In this document: one piece after another, positions 8,113-16,886 of the stretch | Layout: each line of letters begins with the position of its first letter | Numbering within the stretch: the stretch's first letter is position 1 | Origin: an uncultured Marinifilaceae bacterium | Lineage (GTDB): Bacteria; Bacteroidota; Bacteroidia; Bacteroidales; Marinifilaceae | Assembly: GCA_963977525.1 (NCBI GenBank) | Contig: CAXBPC010000016.1 | Coordinates: forward strand, 35,136 to 67,135 | Reading direction: 5' to 3' | DNA: 32,000 nt | Notes under the pieces: model-generated | Databases searched by the model: none | Seen by the model: the letters and a program-made list of their open reading frames with translations, nothing else | Told to the model about the DNA's origin: nothing | Translations under genes and position numbers: made by a program

Positions 8113-9105
8113 TTAACGAAGATCCAAATAAGCCTCAGCCAATTGCAAGCCTTTAATCTGGCTCTGAATATAAATCTCCAAATCTTCATACTCGCCTTGT
8201 GCATGTTTCAACAAAGCCGAAGCTTGTCCATAAATAGCAGGCATCTTACTTTTCTTCATCAGGTAATAACCATCCAGGCAGGAAGTAATTCCTCCAGAGA
8301 TGATCAATTCTTTACACTGCACCTCTTTATTATTCTTATAAATATCGTTTGCCCATTCGAGCATTTCGTCTGCATTGTGCCCAATTTCACTCAAAGCTTC
8401 TAGTACTTGTCCTGCCTTTTCAGGATGTCGCATCAGTTCAATTTTTGCAAAATTAGTTCCTCCAAAAGCTCCAAATTCTAGTGCTTGCAGAGGCAATTTC
8501 ATTAGAGCCTCTATACTCTTAGGTCCCATACCTTGCCCAACTTCTTTCACAATAATGGGCGCTTTAATTTGCTCCATCATTTCTTGCAAAGTTTCCATTG
8601 GAGAGCGCAATAATATATCGCCCTCAGGCTGCAGACTTTCCTGCATTGGGTTAATATGTACGATCAAACCATCAGCTCGTAAATCTTGAAGCATCGCCTC
8701 AACTTTATCTAAGGCTTTATCTTTAATCAATGTTTCTATCTGACAAATACCCAAATTCGCATAAAGCGGTAAATCATCTCCAATAACAGATCGCATATCG
8801 AAGTCATCGAAATGAGCTTTGCTATCCAATAAAGAACGACATGAACCCAAGCCCATTCCCATTCCAAACTGTGCACAAGCACGAGCCAAATTCAAATTGA
8901 TCTTAGCAGCTTTTTCTGTTCCGCCAGTCATACTCGAAACCCAAATTGGTGTTCGCAATTGCTTACCCAAGAATCCAAAAGGTTTTAGTTCCTTGTCGGG
9001 ATGAGCACTTAAAAGTGGTTCGTAATAAAACCGCTTGTCAGCCAATGCATTTTCCATATGCGAACGGAAAGCCAAATCAATATGGTCTCGTTTTCTGTCA
9101 GTCAT
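8113..9105 (-). CDS. fni: Type 2 isopentenyl-diphosphate delta-isomerase (FMN-dependent)
   Basis: N-terminal RKRDHIDLA, plus SSMTGGT, VKEVGQGMG and GAFGGTNFA motifs. 330 aa. Confidence 0.9.
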   Translation of the reverse strand: MTDRKRDHIDLAFRSHMENALADKRFYYEPLLSAHPDKELKPFGFLGKQLRTPIWVSSMTGGTEKAAKINLNLARACAQFGMGMGLGSCRSLLDSKAHFDDFDMRSVIGDDLPLYANLGICQIETLIKDKALDKVEAMLQDLRADGLIVHINPMQESLQPEGDILLRSPMETLQEMMEQIKAPIIVKEVGQGMGPKSIEALMKLPLQALEFGAFGGTNFAKIELMRHPEKAGQVLEALSEIGHNADEMLEWANDIYKNNKEVQCKELIISGGITSCLDGYYLMKKSKMPAIYGQASALLKHAQGEYEDLEIYIQSQIKGLQLAEAYLDLR

Positions 9106-9123
9106 TCGTTTATTTGTATTCAG

Positions 9124-10359
9124 TTATGAGGTTTCACAAAAAGCCAGCTTAGCTTTATCTTCTTCCTCGTTTAACTTTATTTTATTATCCTTTTTACTCG
9201 TTATATGTCTCGAGATAACTAATCGAAGTATCTCTGAAGTTCCTTCTCCAATTTCCAAAATGCGCTGATCTCTATAAAACCTTTCTACATCCGAAGATTT
9301 TAGAAGTCCATGTGCGCCATGAACCTGTACAGCTTCGTTTGCAACTTCCCTTGCTATCTCTGAACAATACAGTTTAGCCATTGCTGATTGCTTTCCAAAC
9401 TCGTGCCCATTATCCTTCAACCAACATGCCTGGTATAATAAAGCTCTAGCTGCTTCAATCTTTGTCGCCATATCAGCCAACTTAAAAGCAATAGCCTGAA
9501 ACTTTATAATCGGTTTCCCAAACTGCTCTCGCTTGTTAGCATACTTCAATGCTTCCTCATATGCGCCTTGAGCTAATCCAAGCGCCATTGCTGCAATAGT
9601 TAATCTCCCAGAATCAAGCGTTTTCAGCATGATTTTAGCGCCTTGCCCAAGCTCTCCTAAAAGATTAGCTTTCGGAGCTTCGCAATTTTCGAATGTGAGA
9701 TCAGCTGTATCGGAAGCTCTCCACATCATCTTCCCTTTCATAGGATAAGTATTAAACCCTACGGTATTCCGATCAACTAAGATAACAGATAATTCCTTTT
9801 CACCATCTTTATCTGCTGTGATTACCTGAAGCGTAACGCCTAATGATGATTCAGAAGATCCGTTGGATATAAATTTCTTTGCCCCATTAATCAACCAGTT
9901 ATCATTGATTAACTCAGCTTTTGTTTGCGTTCCTCTTGAGTCAGAGCCAGCATTTTCTTCGGTTAAGCCGAATGCCCATACTTTTTTCCCCGTACACAAC
10001 TGAGGAAGGTACTTGTGTTTTTGCTCTTCAGTTCCAAAATAATAGATAGGTCCGATTCCCAGTGAATTATGAGCTGCAAGAGTTGAAGCTTGCGAAGCAT
10101 CAACGCGAGCCATTTCCTCCACCGCAATTAAGAGGGATAGATAATCTTTTCCTTGTCCGCCATACTGCTGTGGTAAATAGATTCCAAAAAGCCCTAACTC
10201 ACCCATTCTCTGAGTAAGACTCGAACTAAATTCTTCCTTCTCATCCAAATCTGCTGCTAGAGGTTTCACTTCTGTTTCAGCAAATTCTCTTACTTTAATT
10301 CTAAGCTCGTCGTGTTCTTTATTTATATAAGGACTCATATTTTGTTTTGCTTTTCTCAT
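9124..10359 (-). CDS. Acyl-CoA dehydrogenase, substrate not assignable
   Basis: ACAD-like over its full length: GLTEENAGSDS, WISNG-like NGAKKFISNG, and C-terminal EIGEGTSEILRLVISR with Glu at the MCAD-type catalytic-base position. It carries a roughly 25-aa Lys/Glu-rich C-terminal extension. An alternative start is the ATG at 10338. It ends 18 nt upstream of fni. Confidence 0.9.
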   Translation of the reverse strand: MRKAKQNMSPYINKEHDELRIKVREFAETEVKPLAADLDEKEEFSSSLTQRMGELGLFGIYLPQQYGGQGKDYLSLLIAVEEMARVDASQASTLAAHNSLGIGPIYYFGTEEQKHKYLPQLCTGKKVWAFGLTEENAGSDSRGTQTKAELINDNWLINGAKKFISNGSSESSLGVTLQVITADKDGEKELSVILVDRNTVGFNTYPMKGKMMWRASDTADLTFENCEAPKANLLGELGQGAKIMLKTLDSGRLTIAAMALGLAQGAYEEALKYANKREQFGKPIIKFQAIAFKLADMATKIEAARALLYQACWLKDNGHEFGKQSAMAKLYCSEIAREVANEAVQVHGAHGLLKSSDVERFYRDQRILEIGEGTSEILRLVISRHITSKKDNKIKLNEEEDKAKLAFCETS

Positions 10360-10390
10360 TTAGTATCAGACTCGAAAGTCTTTTAATAAG

Positions 10391-10398
10391 CAAACCTA
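10391..10398 (-). promoter_or_regulatory. Candidate Bacteroidota -7 promoter box (TAGGTTTG) for the mevalonate operon
   Basis: The minus-strand 8-mer TAGGTTTG matches the TAnnTTTG consensus and lies 32 nt upstream of the ACAD ATG. No clear -33 TTTG was found. Chance matches are expected in AT-rich DNA. Confidence 0.3.
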
Positions 10399-10474
10399 TA
10401 TAAAATCCTCTATCTCTAAAAATTATTTAGAATTAATTTTGATAAAAATAAGCGTTTAAAGGAGAATGTAAACC

Positions 10475-12082
10475 TTAAATATTTATAGGCAAAGAAGTAT
10501 CCATTTCTAATGCTAGAGAGTATGCTTCTTGAATGACTGATTCGGGATAGCCATTGATTTGGAGAATCTTAATTGCATTTCTATTCCTGAGTTTCCCGAC
10601 CTTAAGCTTGTAGTCAAAATCTACAGTCTTATTACCGACACTTTCACTAAAGTGATAAAGTTCGTATTCTTCTTGAAGCAAATCAGCAAGCTCAATATCG
10701 TGAGTTGATACAAAAACTATATTATTCATTTTAGATAAAGAAGATAAAACTGCTTTTCCTGCTGAGATGCGCTCTACGGTATTCGTTCCTTTAAAAATTT
10801 CATCAAGAAGAAAGAGGTTCGTATTTTCTGATTGGCTCTCATCAATCATTTCTTTAATGGTCAGCACCTCTTCGAAATAATAGCTTTTATCATTCAATAG
10901 ATCATCACTAATTCTAATCGCAGAAAAAATTCGCATTCGTGGCAAAGAAAATGACTTCCCAAAACACGTATTTAAGGTCAGTCCTGTTAATGCATTAATA
11001 CCAATAGTTCTGATAAAAGTCGTTTTACCTGACATGTTTGATCCGGTAAGTAAAATCGATTTACGATTTACTTGAATACTATTAGATACAGAATTAAGAA
11101 TCAAGGGATGGTAAAGCTCTTCGGCTACCATATCACAATTACTTTCTGAGATATGAGGAATACAATACTCATTAGTTCCTTCTCTTAAAGCTGCGACACT
11201 TAATAAAGCATCAATCTCACCCACAAAAACAAAAAGGGATTCAAGCTCTTTCCTTTTCGTCTCAAGTTGTTTTAATATACCAAATAACAAGAGAGGCTCC
11301 AATAGAAATAAAATTTTTACCAATTCCATCATGAGCCAAAATAATTCTTCCATATCACTCGCCGAGCCTGTTCCCAATCTAAAAAAAGACATTCGAAATC
11401 TAAGTTTATCCATTACTTTAGTGGATGATTTCAAATCAGGATTAATTTTCCAAAATCGCTTATCTTCATAAAGCTTACTTGCCGCATCGCTTAATTTTAT
11501 AATCTGAGGAATCGATTTTAAATTGTAGTACAAATTTCTCTTATTCCAATAATGTATCCCAATATTGGCAATGAGAACAACCAATAAGACAAAAAACATA
11601 TTCCCATTTATAGGAAATAGCAATAAGGATAACAGACTTGTAAAAGACAAAATAGGAATCACGAAAAACCACTCCGGTCGCTCTATATGCTTCTCTTGAA
11701 AAAGCGACGAGATATAATAATTATCACTATTACTCAGTTTATCAAGTTGTTTCTGTGTTTTCAATCGGAATTCAGGATCCTCTCTAAAAGTTTTAATCAA
11801 ACTTTCACTTCTATCTAAATCATCTTGACTAGAGGGAATATGCCTGAGTTTATTATATAAATATTGCTGTCCAATCTTTGATTGCGTTCTATCGAGAAAC
11901 ATAAATAACTCATCGAAATCTAAATCTTGACATGTTTTATCAGATAAAACCTGAAAAGAGTTTTCATGCTTCTTATTTCGAAAATATTTTTCTACAAGAT
12001 CAAAGTTGAAAGTATCGTCTTTTATTTTTCCGAAAGAATTCAAAAAAGCTTCATTATATTTTTTATATCGACCAAACAGCAT
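10475..12082 (-). CDS. MutS-domain-V family ATPase with internal transmembrane segments (MutS-related, not a canonical mismatch-repair protein)
   Basis: The C-terminal half has the MutS-type Walker A LLTGSNMSGKTTFIRTIG, Walker B FLLDEIFKGTNTVER and STHD. Residues around 135-180 are two hydrophobic helices (FFVIPILSFTSLLSLLLFPI, MFFVLLVVLIANIGIHYW). No mismatch-binding domain I is present. 535 aa. Confidence 0.8.
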   Translation of the reverse strand: MLFGRYKKYNEAFLNSFGKIKDDTFNFDLVEKYFRNKKHENSFQVLSDKTCQDLDFDELFMFLDRTQSKIGQQYLYNKLRHIPSSQDDLDRSESLIKTFREDPEFRLKTQKQLDKLSNSDNYYISSLFQEKHIERPEWFFVIPILSFTSLLSLLLFPINGNMFFVLLVVLIANIGIHYWNKRNLYYNLKSIPQIIKLSDAASKLYEDKRFWKINPDLKSSTKVMDKLRFRMSFFRLGTGSASDMEELFWLMMELVKILFLLEPLLLFGILKQLETKRKELESLFVFVGEIDALLSVAALREGTNEYCIPHISESNCDMVAEELYHPLILNSVSNSIQVNRKSILLTGSNMSGKTTFIRTIGINALTGLTLNTCFGKSFSLPRMRIFSAIRISDDLLNDKSYYFEEVLTIKEMIDESQSENTNLFLLDEIFKGTNTVERISAGKAVLSSLSKMNNIVFVSTHDIELADLLQEEYELYHFSESVGNKTVDFDYKLKVGKLRNRNAIKILQINGYPESVIQEAYSLALEMDTSLPINI

Positions 12083-12164
12083 AAGTCATATTTTGATTAA
12101 TTATTACTTGGGTTGAAAGTAGCATTCCTGTTCATCAATAGCAATACATAATCCCAGTTTTTAA

Positions 12165-12182
12165 AACTTGACAAACTTGACA
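12165..12182 (+). repeat. Perfect tandem 9-mer AACTTGACA x2
   Basis: 12165-12173 and 12174-12182 are identical, and each contains TTGACA. Confidence 0.7.
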
Positions 12183-12205
12183 GTAGTTTTTTCAAATAGT
12201 ATAAT
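12177..12205 (+). promoter_or_regulatory. Perfect enterobacterial sigma-70 consensus TTGACA-N17-TATAAT upstream of the NfeD gene
   Basis: TTGACA at 12177-12182, exactly a 17-nt spacer, TATAAT at 12200-12205, and the ATG 31 nt further on. It is unknown whether a Bacteroidota sigma-A would use it. Confidence 0.35.
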
Positions 12206-12235
12206 TTAAATTTACATATAATATAAAATTAAATT

Positions 12236-12670
12236 ATGGAATTTGAAATTTGGCATATTTGGCTACTCGTAGCAATATTCCTTTTTATGATAGAAATATT
12301 CATGACAAGTTTTGTTGCTGTATGTATTGGCATAGGTGCTTTAGTAACAGGAATAGGTGCCTACATGGGCTTAGATATAACTCAACAACTTCTACTCTTT
12401 GCTGTGTTTACTTTCCTAATCCTATTCTTCATTCGCCCTTTTGCAAATAAATTTATTTTTGGAGCTAAAGAGTTTGTAACAACCAATGCCGATGCCTTAT
12501 TAGGTGAAAAAGCTACGGTTGTTGAACCTATAAATGAAAATAAACTACAAGGTCGCGTTGAAATTGATGGCAATAACTGGAAAGCTGTTTCTTTTGATGG
12601 AAAACCTATTACGAAAGGACAAATTGTAACTGTAGTGAGTTATAATAGTATTGTTTTAACTGTAAAATAA
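12236..12670 (+). CDS. NfeD-family membrane protein
   Basis: Three N-terminal hydrophobic helices followed by a C-terminal OB-like NfeD signature (GEKATVVEPI...GRVEIDGNNWKAVS...ITKGQIVTVV). 144 aa. Confidence 0.8.
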   Translation: MEFEIWHIWLLVAIFLFMIEIFMTSFVAVCIGIGALVTGIGAYMGLDITQQLLLFAVFTFLILFFIRPFANKFIFGAKEFVTTNADALLGEKATVVEPINENKLQGRVEIDGNNWKAVSFDGKPITKGQIVTVVSYNSIVLTVK

Positions 12671-12696
12671 CCCTAACCCCTCATATATTGAATCAA

Positions 12697-12727
12697 AGGT
12701 CGAACATATAGTTCGGCCTATATTTTT
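12697..12727 (+). terminator. Rho-independent terminator after the NfeD gene
   Basis: AGGTCGAAC / GTTCGGCCT stem (one G-U pair), ATATA loop, then ATATTTTT. Confidence 0.65.
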
Positions 12728-12835
12728 ACTTCTCCTTTTCTAAATGAACTCTCAGAACCAGTTCTATTTTTTTTACCTTTGGTATCTATTTGAAAAATGT
12801 CATGAACAATGGCTTAACGATTCAAACTAAAACAC

Positions 12836-13960
12836 ATGCAGTTTAAAGATATTATTGGACAAGAAGATACGAAGTCTCGCTTTATTCAGACAGTAAATGC
12901 TGATAGAGTAAGTCATGCGCAACTTATTGTTGGTGAAAAAGGTGTGGGTAAATTAGCTATGGCAATTGCTTTTGCTCAATACGTTTCTTGCCAGAACAAA
13001 CAGGCCAATGATTCATGTGGAGAATGTCCTTCTTGTAAAAAATATCAAAAACTCGTTCATCCCGATTTACACTTTGTTTTTCCTGTTGTAAAAGGTAAAG
13101 GCGCAAGCAGTCCTGTTAGCGATACATATATCGAACAATGGAGAAAACAGGTATTAAGTAACCCTTATTTCGATCTTAACGATTGGTATGCTGGCTTAGG
13201 TGTTGAGAATGCTCAAGGCATGATATACTCTAATGAAAGTAGCGAGATTATTAAGAAATTGAATCTTAAAACTTATGAGTCTGATTATAAAATCATGATT
13301 ATTTGGTTGCCCGAGAAGATGCATGCTTCTTGCGCTAACAAACTACTTAAACTGATTGAAGAGCCACCAAATAAAACAATTTTCTTCCTAGTTTCTGAAG
13401 AGCCTAACCGAATTCTTCAAACCATTCGGTCGAGAGCACAGATGATGAAGGTTCCTAGGATTGAAAAAGATGCTCTTAGCCTAGCTCTAAAATCAGAATA
13501 CAATCTTTCTGACACTGAATTAACTAATTTAGTTCGGTTGGCAGAAGGAAGCTTTCGTAAAGCACGCATCTTGATTAAAAATTCAGATGAGAATGTGTTC
13601 AACTTCGATCGTTTTGTGAGTATTATGCGTATTTGCTATGCACGAAACGTTCTTGACCTTATGACTTGGGCCGAAGAAATAAGTGCTATAGGTAGAGAAA
13701 GACAAAAAAGTTTCCTTCAGTATTGTTTAAAAATGATTCGTGAAAACTTTATCCTGAATCTAAAACAGGATGAAATGATTTTCCTAAATGGTGAGGAAAT
13801 GAATTTTTCTCAGCGCTTTTCTCCATTCATTAACGAAGAGAATGTATGGCAAATTGCTGATGAATTAACCAAAGCATACAATGACATTGAACGAAATGGA
13901 AATGCAAAAATCATTTTCCTTGACCTAAGTTTAAGATGGATTAAATTGTTGCGACCATAA
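12836..13960 (+). CDS. holB: DNA polymerase III subunit delta-prime
   Basis: HAQLIVGEKGVGKLAMAIAFAQYVSC, zinc module CGECPSCKK, HPDLHFVFP, and KLLKLIEEPP followed by TIRSR. Confidence 0.9.
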   Translation: MQFKDIIGQEDTKSRFIQTVNADRVSHAQLIVGEKGVGKLAMAIAFAQYVSCQNKQANDSCGECPSCKKYQKLVHPDLHFVFPVVKGKGASSPVSDTYIEQWRKQVLSNPYFDLNDWYAGLGVENAQGMIYSNESSEIIKKLNLKTYESDYKIMIIWLPEKMHASCANKLLKLIEEPPNKTIFFLVSEEPNRILQTIRSRAQMMKVPRIEKDALSLALKSEYNLSDTELTNLVRLAEGSFRKARILIKNSDENVFNFDRFVSIMRICYARNVLDLMTWAEEISAIGRERQKSFLQYCLKMIRENFILNLKQDEMIFLNGEEMNFSQRFSPFINEENVWQIADELTKAYNDIERNGNAKIIFLDLSLRWIKLLRP

Positions 13961-13961
13961 T

Positions 13962-13992
13962 TATCATTCGAATGATATAGGATAATCCTATA
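13962..13992. repeat. Two back-to-back palindromes immediately after the holB stop codon
   Basis: TATCATTCGAATGATA (13962-13977) is a perfect 16-nt palindrome. It overlaps TATAGGA-TAA-TCCTATA (13976-13992). No T-tract follows. Confidence 0.5.
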
Positions 13993-14285
13993 CGGACAGA
14001 GAGTGTTTAGAATTCTTTTAATCAGATAATCATCACAATAAAAGCTTCTTTTTCCATATATTTTTCCTGATTCTGCAGTCCTTTAAAAAATTAATTAACT
14101 TTAGGAGTTATTTTTGGTCCAGACTCTCAGTAAATCTGACAGATGTACCATTTTATTAGCTAATTTTGCAGACACGATTGTAGAATTTACAGTTCGTTTT
14201 TTCGAGCTCAATATAAATATGACGCAAGCCATTTCAGTACAAAACACCGTACTTTAATGAGTTTCTGCACTCAATATATACACAT

Positions 14286-15437
14286 ATGATAGAAGAAAAG
14301 GAACCAAAAGGAAAATGTGGAGGTTGCTCTACGGGTAAATCCGACAACCGACTTTTGGCAGGTAAACTAGATGTTTTCGACTGGTTAGGCGACGTTCCTG
14401 AAAGTGCATTATGTCCCGATATTATAGAAGTTAAATTTAAAAACACACGTAAAGGTTTTTATTCGAACAACAATAAAATAAGACTTAAGCGTGGCGATAT
14501 AATTGCTGTTGAAGCATCTCCCGGACATGATATAGGTATTGTTTCACTAACTGGTGATTTGGTAGTTGAGCAAATGAAAAGACAAAAGCTCGACCCAAAA
14601 ACATACGAAGCAAAAAAAGTATATCGTATTGCCAAACCTGTTGATATAGAAAAGTGGCACGAAGCTATTGCTCATGAGCATAGAACAATGATTAAAGCTC
14701 GCCAAATTTCGGCTGAATTAAGGTTGAATATGAAGATTGGTGATGTCGAATATCAAGGTGATAAAACCAAGGCTATTTTCTATTACATCGCAGATGAGCG
14801 AGTAGATTTCCGTGAACTAATTAAAGTTCTTGCTGAAGAGTTTAGAATTCGAATTGAAATGCGCCAGATTGGTGCACGTCAGGAAGCTGGTCGTATTGGA
14901 GGAATTGGTCCTTGTGGTAGAGAGCTGTGCTGTTCAACTTGGATTACCAATTTTGTATCAGTAACAACAAATGCTGCTCGTTATCAAGAAATATCTTTAA
15001 ATCCTCAGAAGCTTGCCGGCCAATGTGGCAAACTTAAGTGTTGTTTGAATTACGAGATGGATGTTTATATTGATGCTCGTAGAGATTTCCCTGCAACAAA
15101 TGTTCCATTGGAATGTAGTGACGGTACAGCTTATCATCAGAAAACAGATATTTTCAAACGTTTAATGTGGTACAGTTTCGATAAGCATTACGCTGTAAAT
15201 ATGGTGCAGATTCCTATTGATAGAGTAAAAGAAATTATCCGCTTAAACAAAAAAGGGACGAAGGTTGACCAACTTGTAAATAAGAAAGAGGAAATCGCTC
15301 AAAAAGTTCTCGATTACGAAAATGTTGTTGGACAAGATAGTCTCAACCGTTTCGATAAAGAAGAGGCGCCAAAGAAGCCACGTCCTAAACGTAAATTCCG
15401 AAGAAAACCTCGTAAGATCAATAAATCGCAAGACTAG
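14286..15437 (+). CDS. PSP1 domain protein (YaaT/RicT-like)
   Basis: Cys-rich motifs CGGCS, GPCGRELCCSTW and QCGKLKCCLNYE, a central PSP1-like region, and a basic tail KKPRPKRKFRRKPRK. Position downstream of holB is the usual synteny. Confidence 0.85.
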   Translation: MIEEKEPKGKCGGCSTGKSDNRLLAGKLDVFDWLGDVPESALCPDIIEVKFKNTRKGFYSNNNKIRLKRGDIIAVEASPGHDIGIVSLTGDLVVEQMKRQKLDPKTYEAKKVYRIAKPVDIEKWHEAIAHEHRTMIKARQISAELRLNMKIGDVEYQGDKTKAIFYYIADERVDFRELIKVLAEEFRIRIEMRQIGARQEAGRIGGIGPCGRELCCSTWITNFVSVTTNAARYQEISLNPQKLAGQCGKLKCCLNYEMDVYIDARRDFPATNVPLECSDGTAYHQKTDIFKRLMWYSFDKHYAVNMVQIPIDRVKEIIRLNKKGTKVDQLVNKKEEIAQKVLDYENVVGQDSLNRFDKEEAPKKPRPKRKFRRKPRKINKSQD

Positions 15438-15462
15438 GTTTTCTCCTAAATAAAAATTTATA

Positions 15463-15510
15463 AAGTATTGGGAACTGAGACAAACATTCTCAACTCAATA
15501 CTTTATTTGC
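15463..15510 (+). terminator. Imperfect hairpin downstream of the PSP1 gene (possible terminator)
   Basis: AAGTATTG (15463-15470) pairs with CAATACTT (15496-15503), with an inner TGAGA/TCTCA pair, followed by TATTTG. Confidence 0.35.
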
Positions 15511-15544
15511 TTATAAGAATTATAGACTTGATAGATTAACAGCA

Positions 15545-16024
15545 ATGAAGTTGAAATCCAAATACCTATTACTTCTTAGCTTTGCACTGATCTTTATCGC
15601 AAGTGCCTGCAAAGAAAATCGTGTGTATGAAAGTTATATCGATATCCCGAATCATGAATGGAGCAAAGATCATGTTGCGCGTTTCGAGGTAGAGATCACC
15701 GATTCTATTCAGCAGCACAGTATTTATGTGAACATCAGAAATACAGGCAAATACCCTTATAGTAACCTATGGCTTTTCGTTAAGCAAACAGATCCTGAAG
15801 GGAAAATAAACGAAGAAAAATTCGAATGCCAATTGGCAAGTAACACTGGCGAATGGTATGGAAGCGGTTTTGGAAATATATTCGACTTGCAGGTTCTTTA
15901 TAAACCAGTTGTCGTATTCACAAAGCCTGGATTATACACCTTTGAAATGGTGCAAGGAATGCGAGACGATAGTTTACCTGGAATTGTAAACGTCGGTCTG
16001 AAACTTGATAAAGCAAATCAATAA
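15545..16024 (+). CDS. gldH: GldH-like gliding-motility lipoprotein
   Basis: Signal peptide plus lipobox (LIFIASAC). The pattern W-K...F-VE...Y-NIRNTG-YPYSNLWLF...G-G...Q-MR...L-GI-NVG and the roughly 160-aa size match my recollection of GldH. holB-PSP1-gldH synteny is common in Bacteroidota. Confidence 0.6.
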   Translation: MKLKSKYLLLLSFALIFIASACKENRVYESYIDIPNHEWSKDHVARFEVEITDSIQQHSIYVNIRNTGKYPYSNLWLFVKQTDPEGKINEEKFECQLASNTGEWYGSGFGNIFDLQVLYKPVVVFTKPGLYTFEMVQGMRDDSLPGIVNVGLKLDKANQ

Positions 16025-16073
16025 AAACTCAAAATAAGTAGACAACTTATTTACTCAATAATAGTATAAGAAA

Positions 16074-16853
16074 GTGGCAAAGAATAAATTAAAGCGTTTT
16101 GCAGAGATAGAGACTTTTGAGAATGTTTTGCAACCCTCGCACGAAGATGTTTGGGACAAAGAATTCAGACTTAAAAGCAGATGGAACAAGGAGTATTTCA
16201 AAAATGATAACCCAATTGTTCTAGAAGTTGGATGTGGTAAAGGCGAATACACAGTAGGATTAGCTCAGCGTTTTCCTGATAAGAATTTTATTGGTATTGA
16301 TATAAAAGGTGCCAGATTGTGGCAAGGTGCTACAATAGCCAATGAAGAAGGCTTAAAGAATGTTGCCTTTGTTCGTACAAAAGTTGAACTTCTACGTTCT
16401 GTTTTTGACAATGGCGAAATCTCTGAAGTTTGGATCACTTTTGCCGATCCTCAGATGAAAAAAGTCACCAAACGATTGACTGGAACTCGCTATATAAAAC
16501 TCTACAGCGATTTGATGAATGATAATGGTGTGATTCATCTCAAATCTGATAGCCAGTTTCTTTATCAATACACTCGATACATGATTCAGGAGAATAATCT
16601 GAAGGTATTAACCGATACTGACGATTTATACAACTCTGAGCATGCGAATGATATTCTAGGCATTAAAACCTATTACGAGGCTCAGTTCCTTAGCAAAGGG
16701 ATTCCTATCAAGTATATTCAATTCCTGTTAGAAGGTAAAACCGAATTTGTTGAACCCGATGTTGAACTTGAATTGGATGAATACAGAAGCTTTGGTAGAG
16801 ATAGACGTAAACAGCCTACCGAAGAGAAGCATAAAGTAAAAAAAGAGAATTAG
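16074..16853 (+). CDS. trmB: tRNA (guanine46-N7)-methyltransferase
   Basis: GTG start at 16074. SAM motif LEVGCGKGEYTVGLA, FIGIDIKG, VWITFADPQ. Basic C-terminal extension. Confidence 0.9.
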   Translation: MAKNKLKRFAEIETFENVLQPSHEDVWDKEFRLKSRWNKEYFKNDNPIVLEVGCGKGEYTVGLAQRFPDKNFIGIDIKGARLWQGATIANEEGLKNVAFVRTKVELLRSVFDNGEISEVWITFADPQMKKVTKRLTGTRYIKLYSDLMNDNGVIHLKSDSQFLYQYTRYMIQENNLKVLTDTDDLYNSEHANDILGIKTYYEAQFLSKGIPIKYIQFLLEGKTEFVEPDVELELDEYRSFGRDRRKQPTEEKHKVKKEN

Positions 16854-16886
16854 CATTTCGAATCTAGTCATAAGCCTCTATCTAGA

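Noticed and set aside
8143-9268. Plus-strand ORFs 8143-8403, 8375-8689, 8819-9004, 8946-9152 and 9035-9268, opposite fni and the ACAD 3-prime end
   Set aside because: All are antisense to genes with strong family motifs. They are short and Cys/Ser/Ile-rich, with no start context or independent terminator.
12250-12573. ORFs 12250-12450 (+) and 12382-12573 (-) inside the NfeD gene
   Set aside because: They are alternative-frame or antisense ORFs within a gene whose main frame gives coherent TM helices and the NfeD OB-domain signature.
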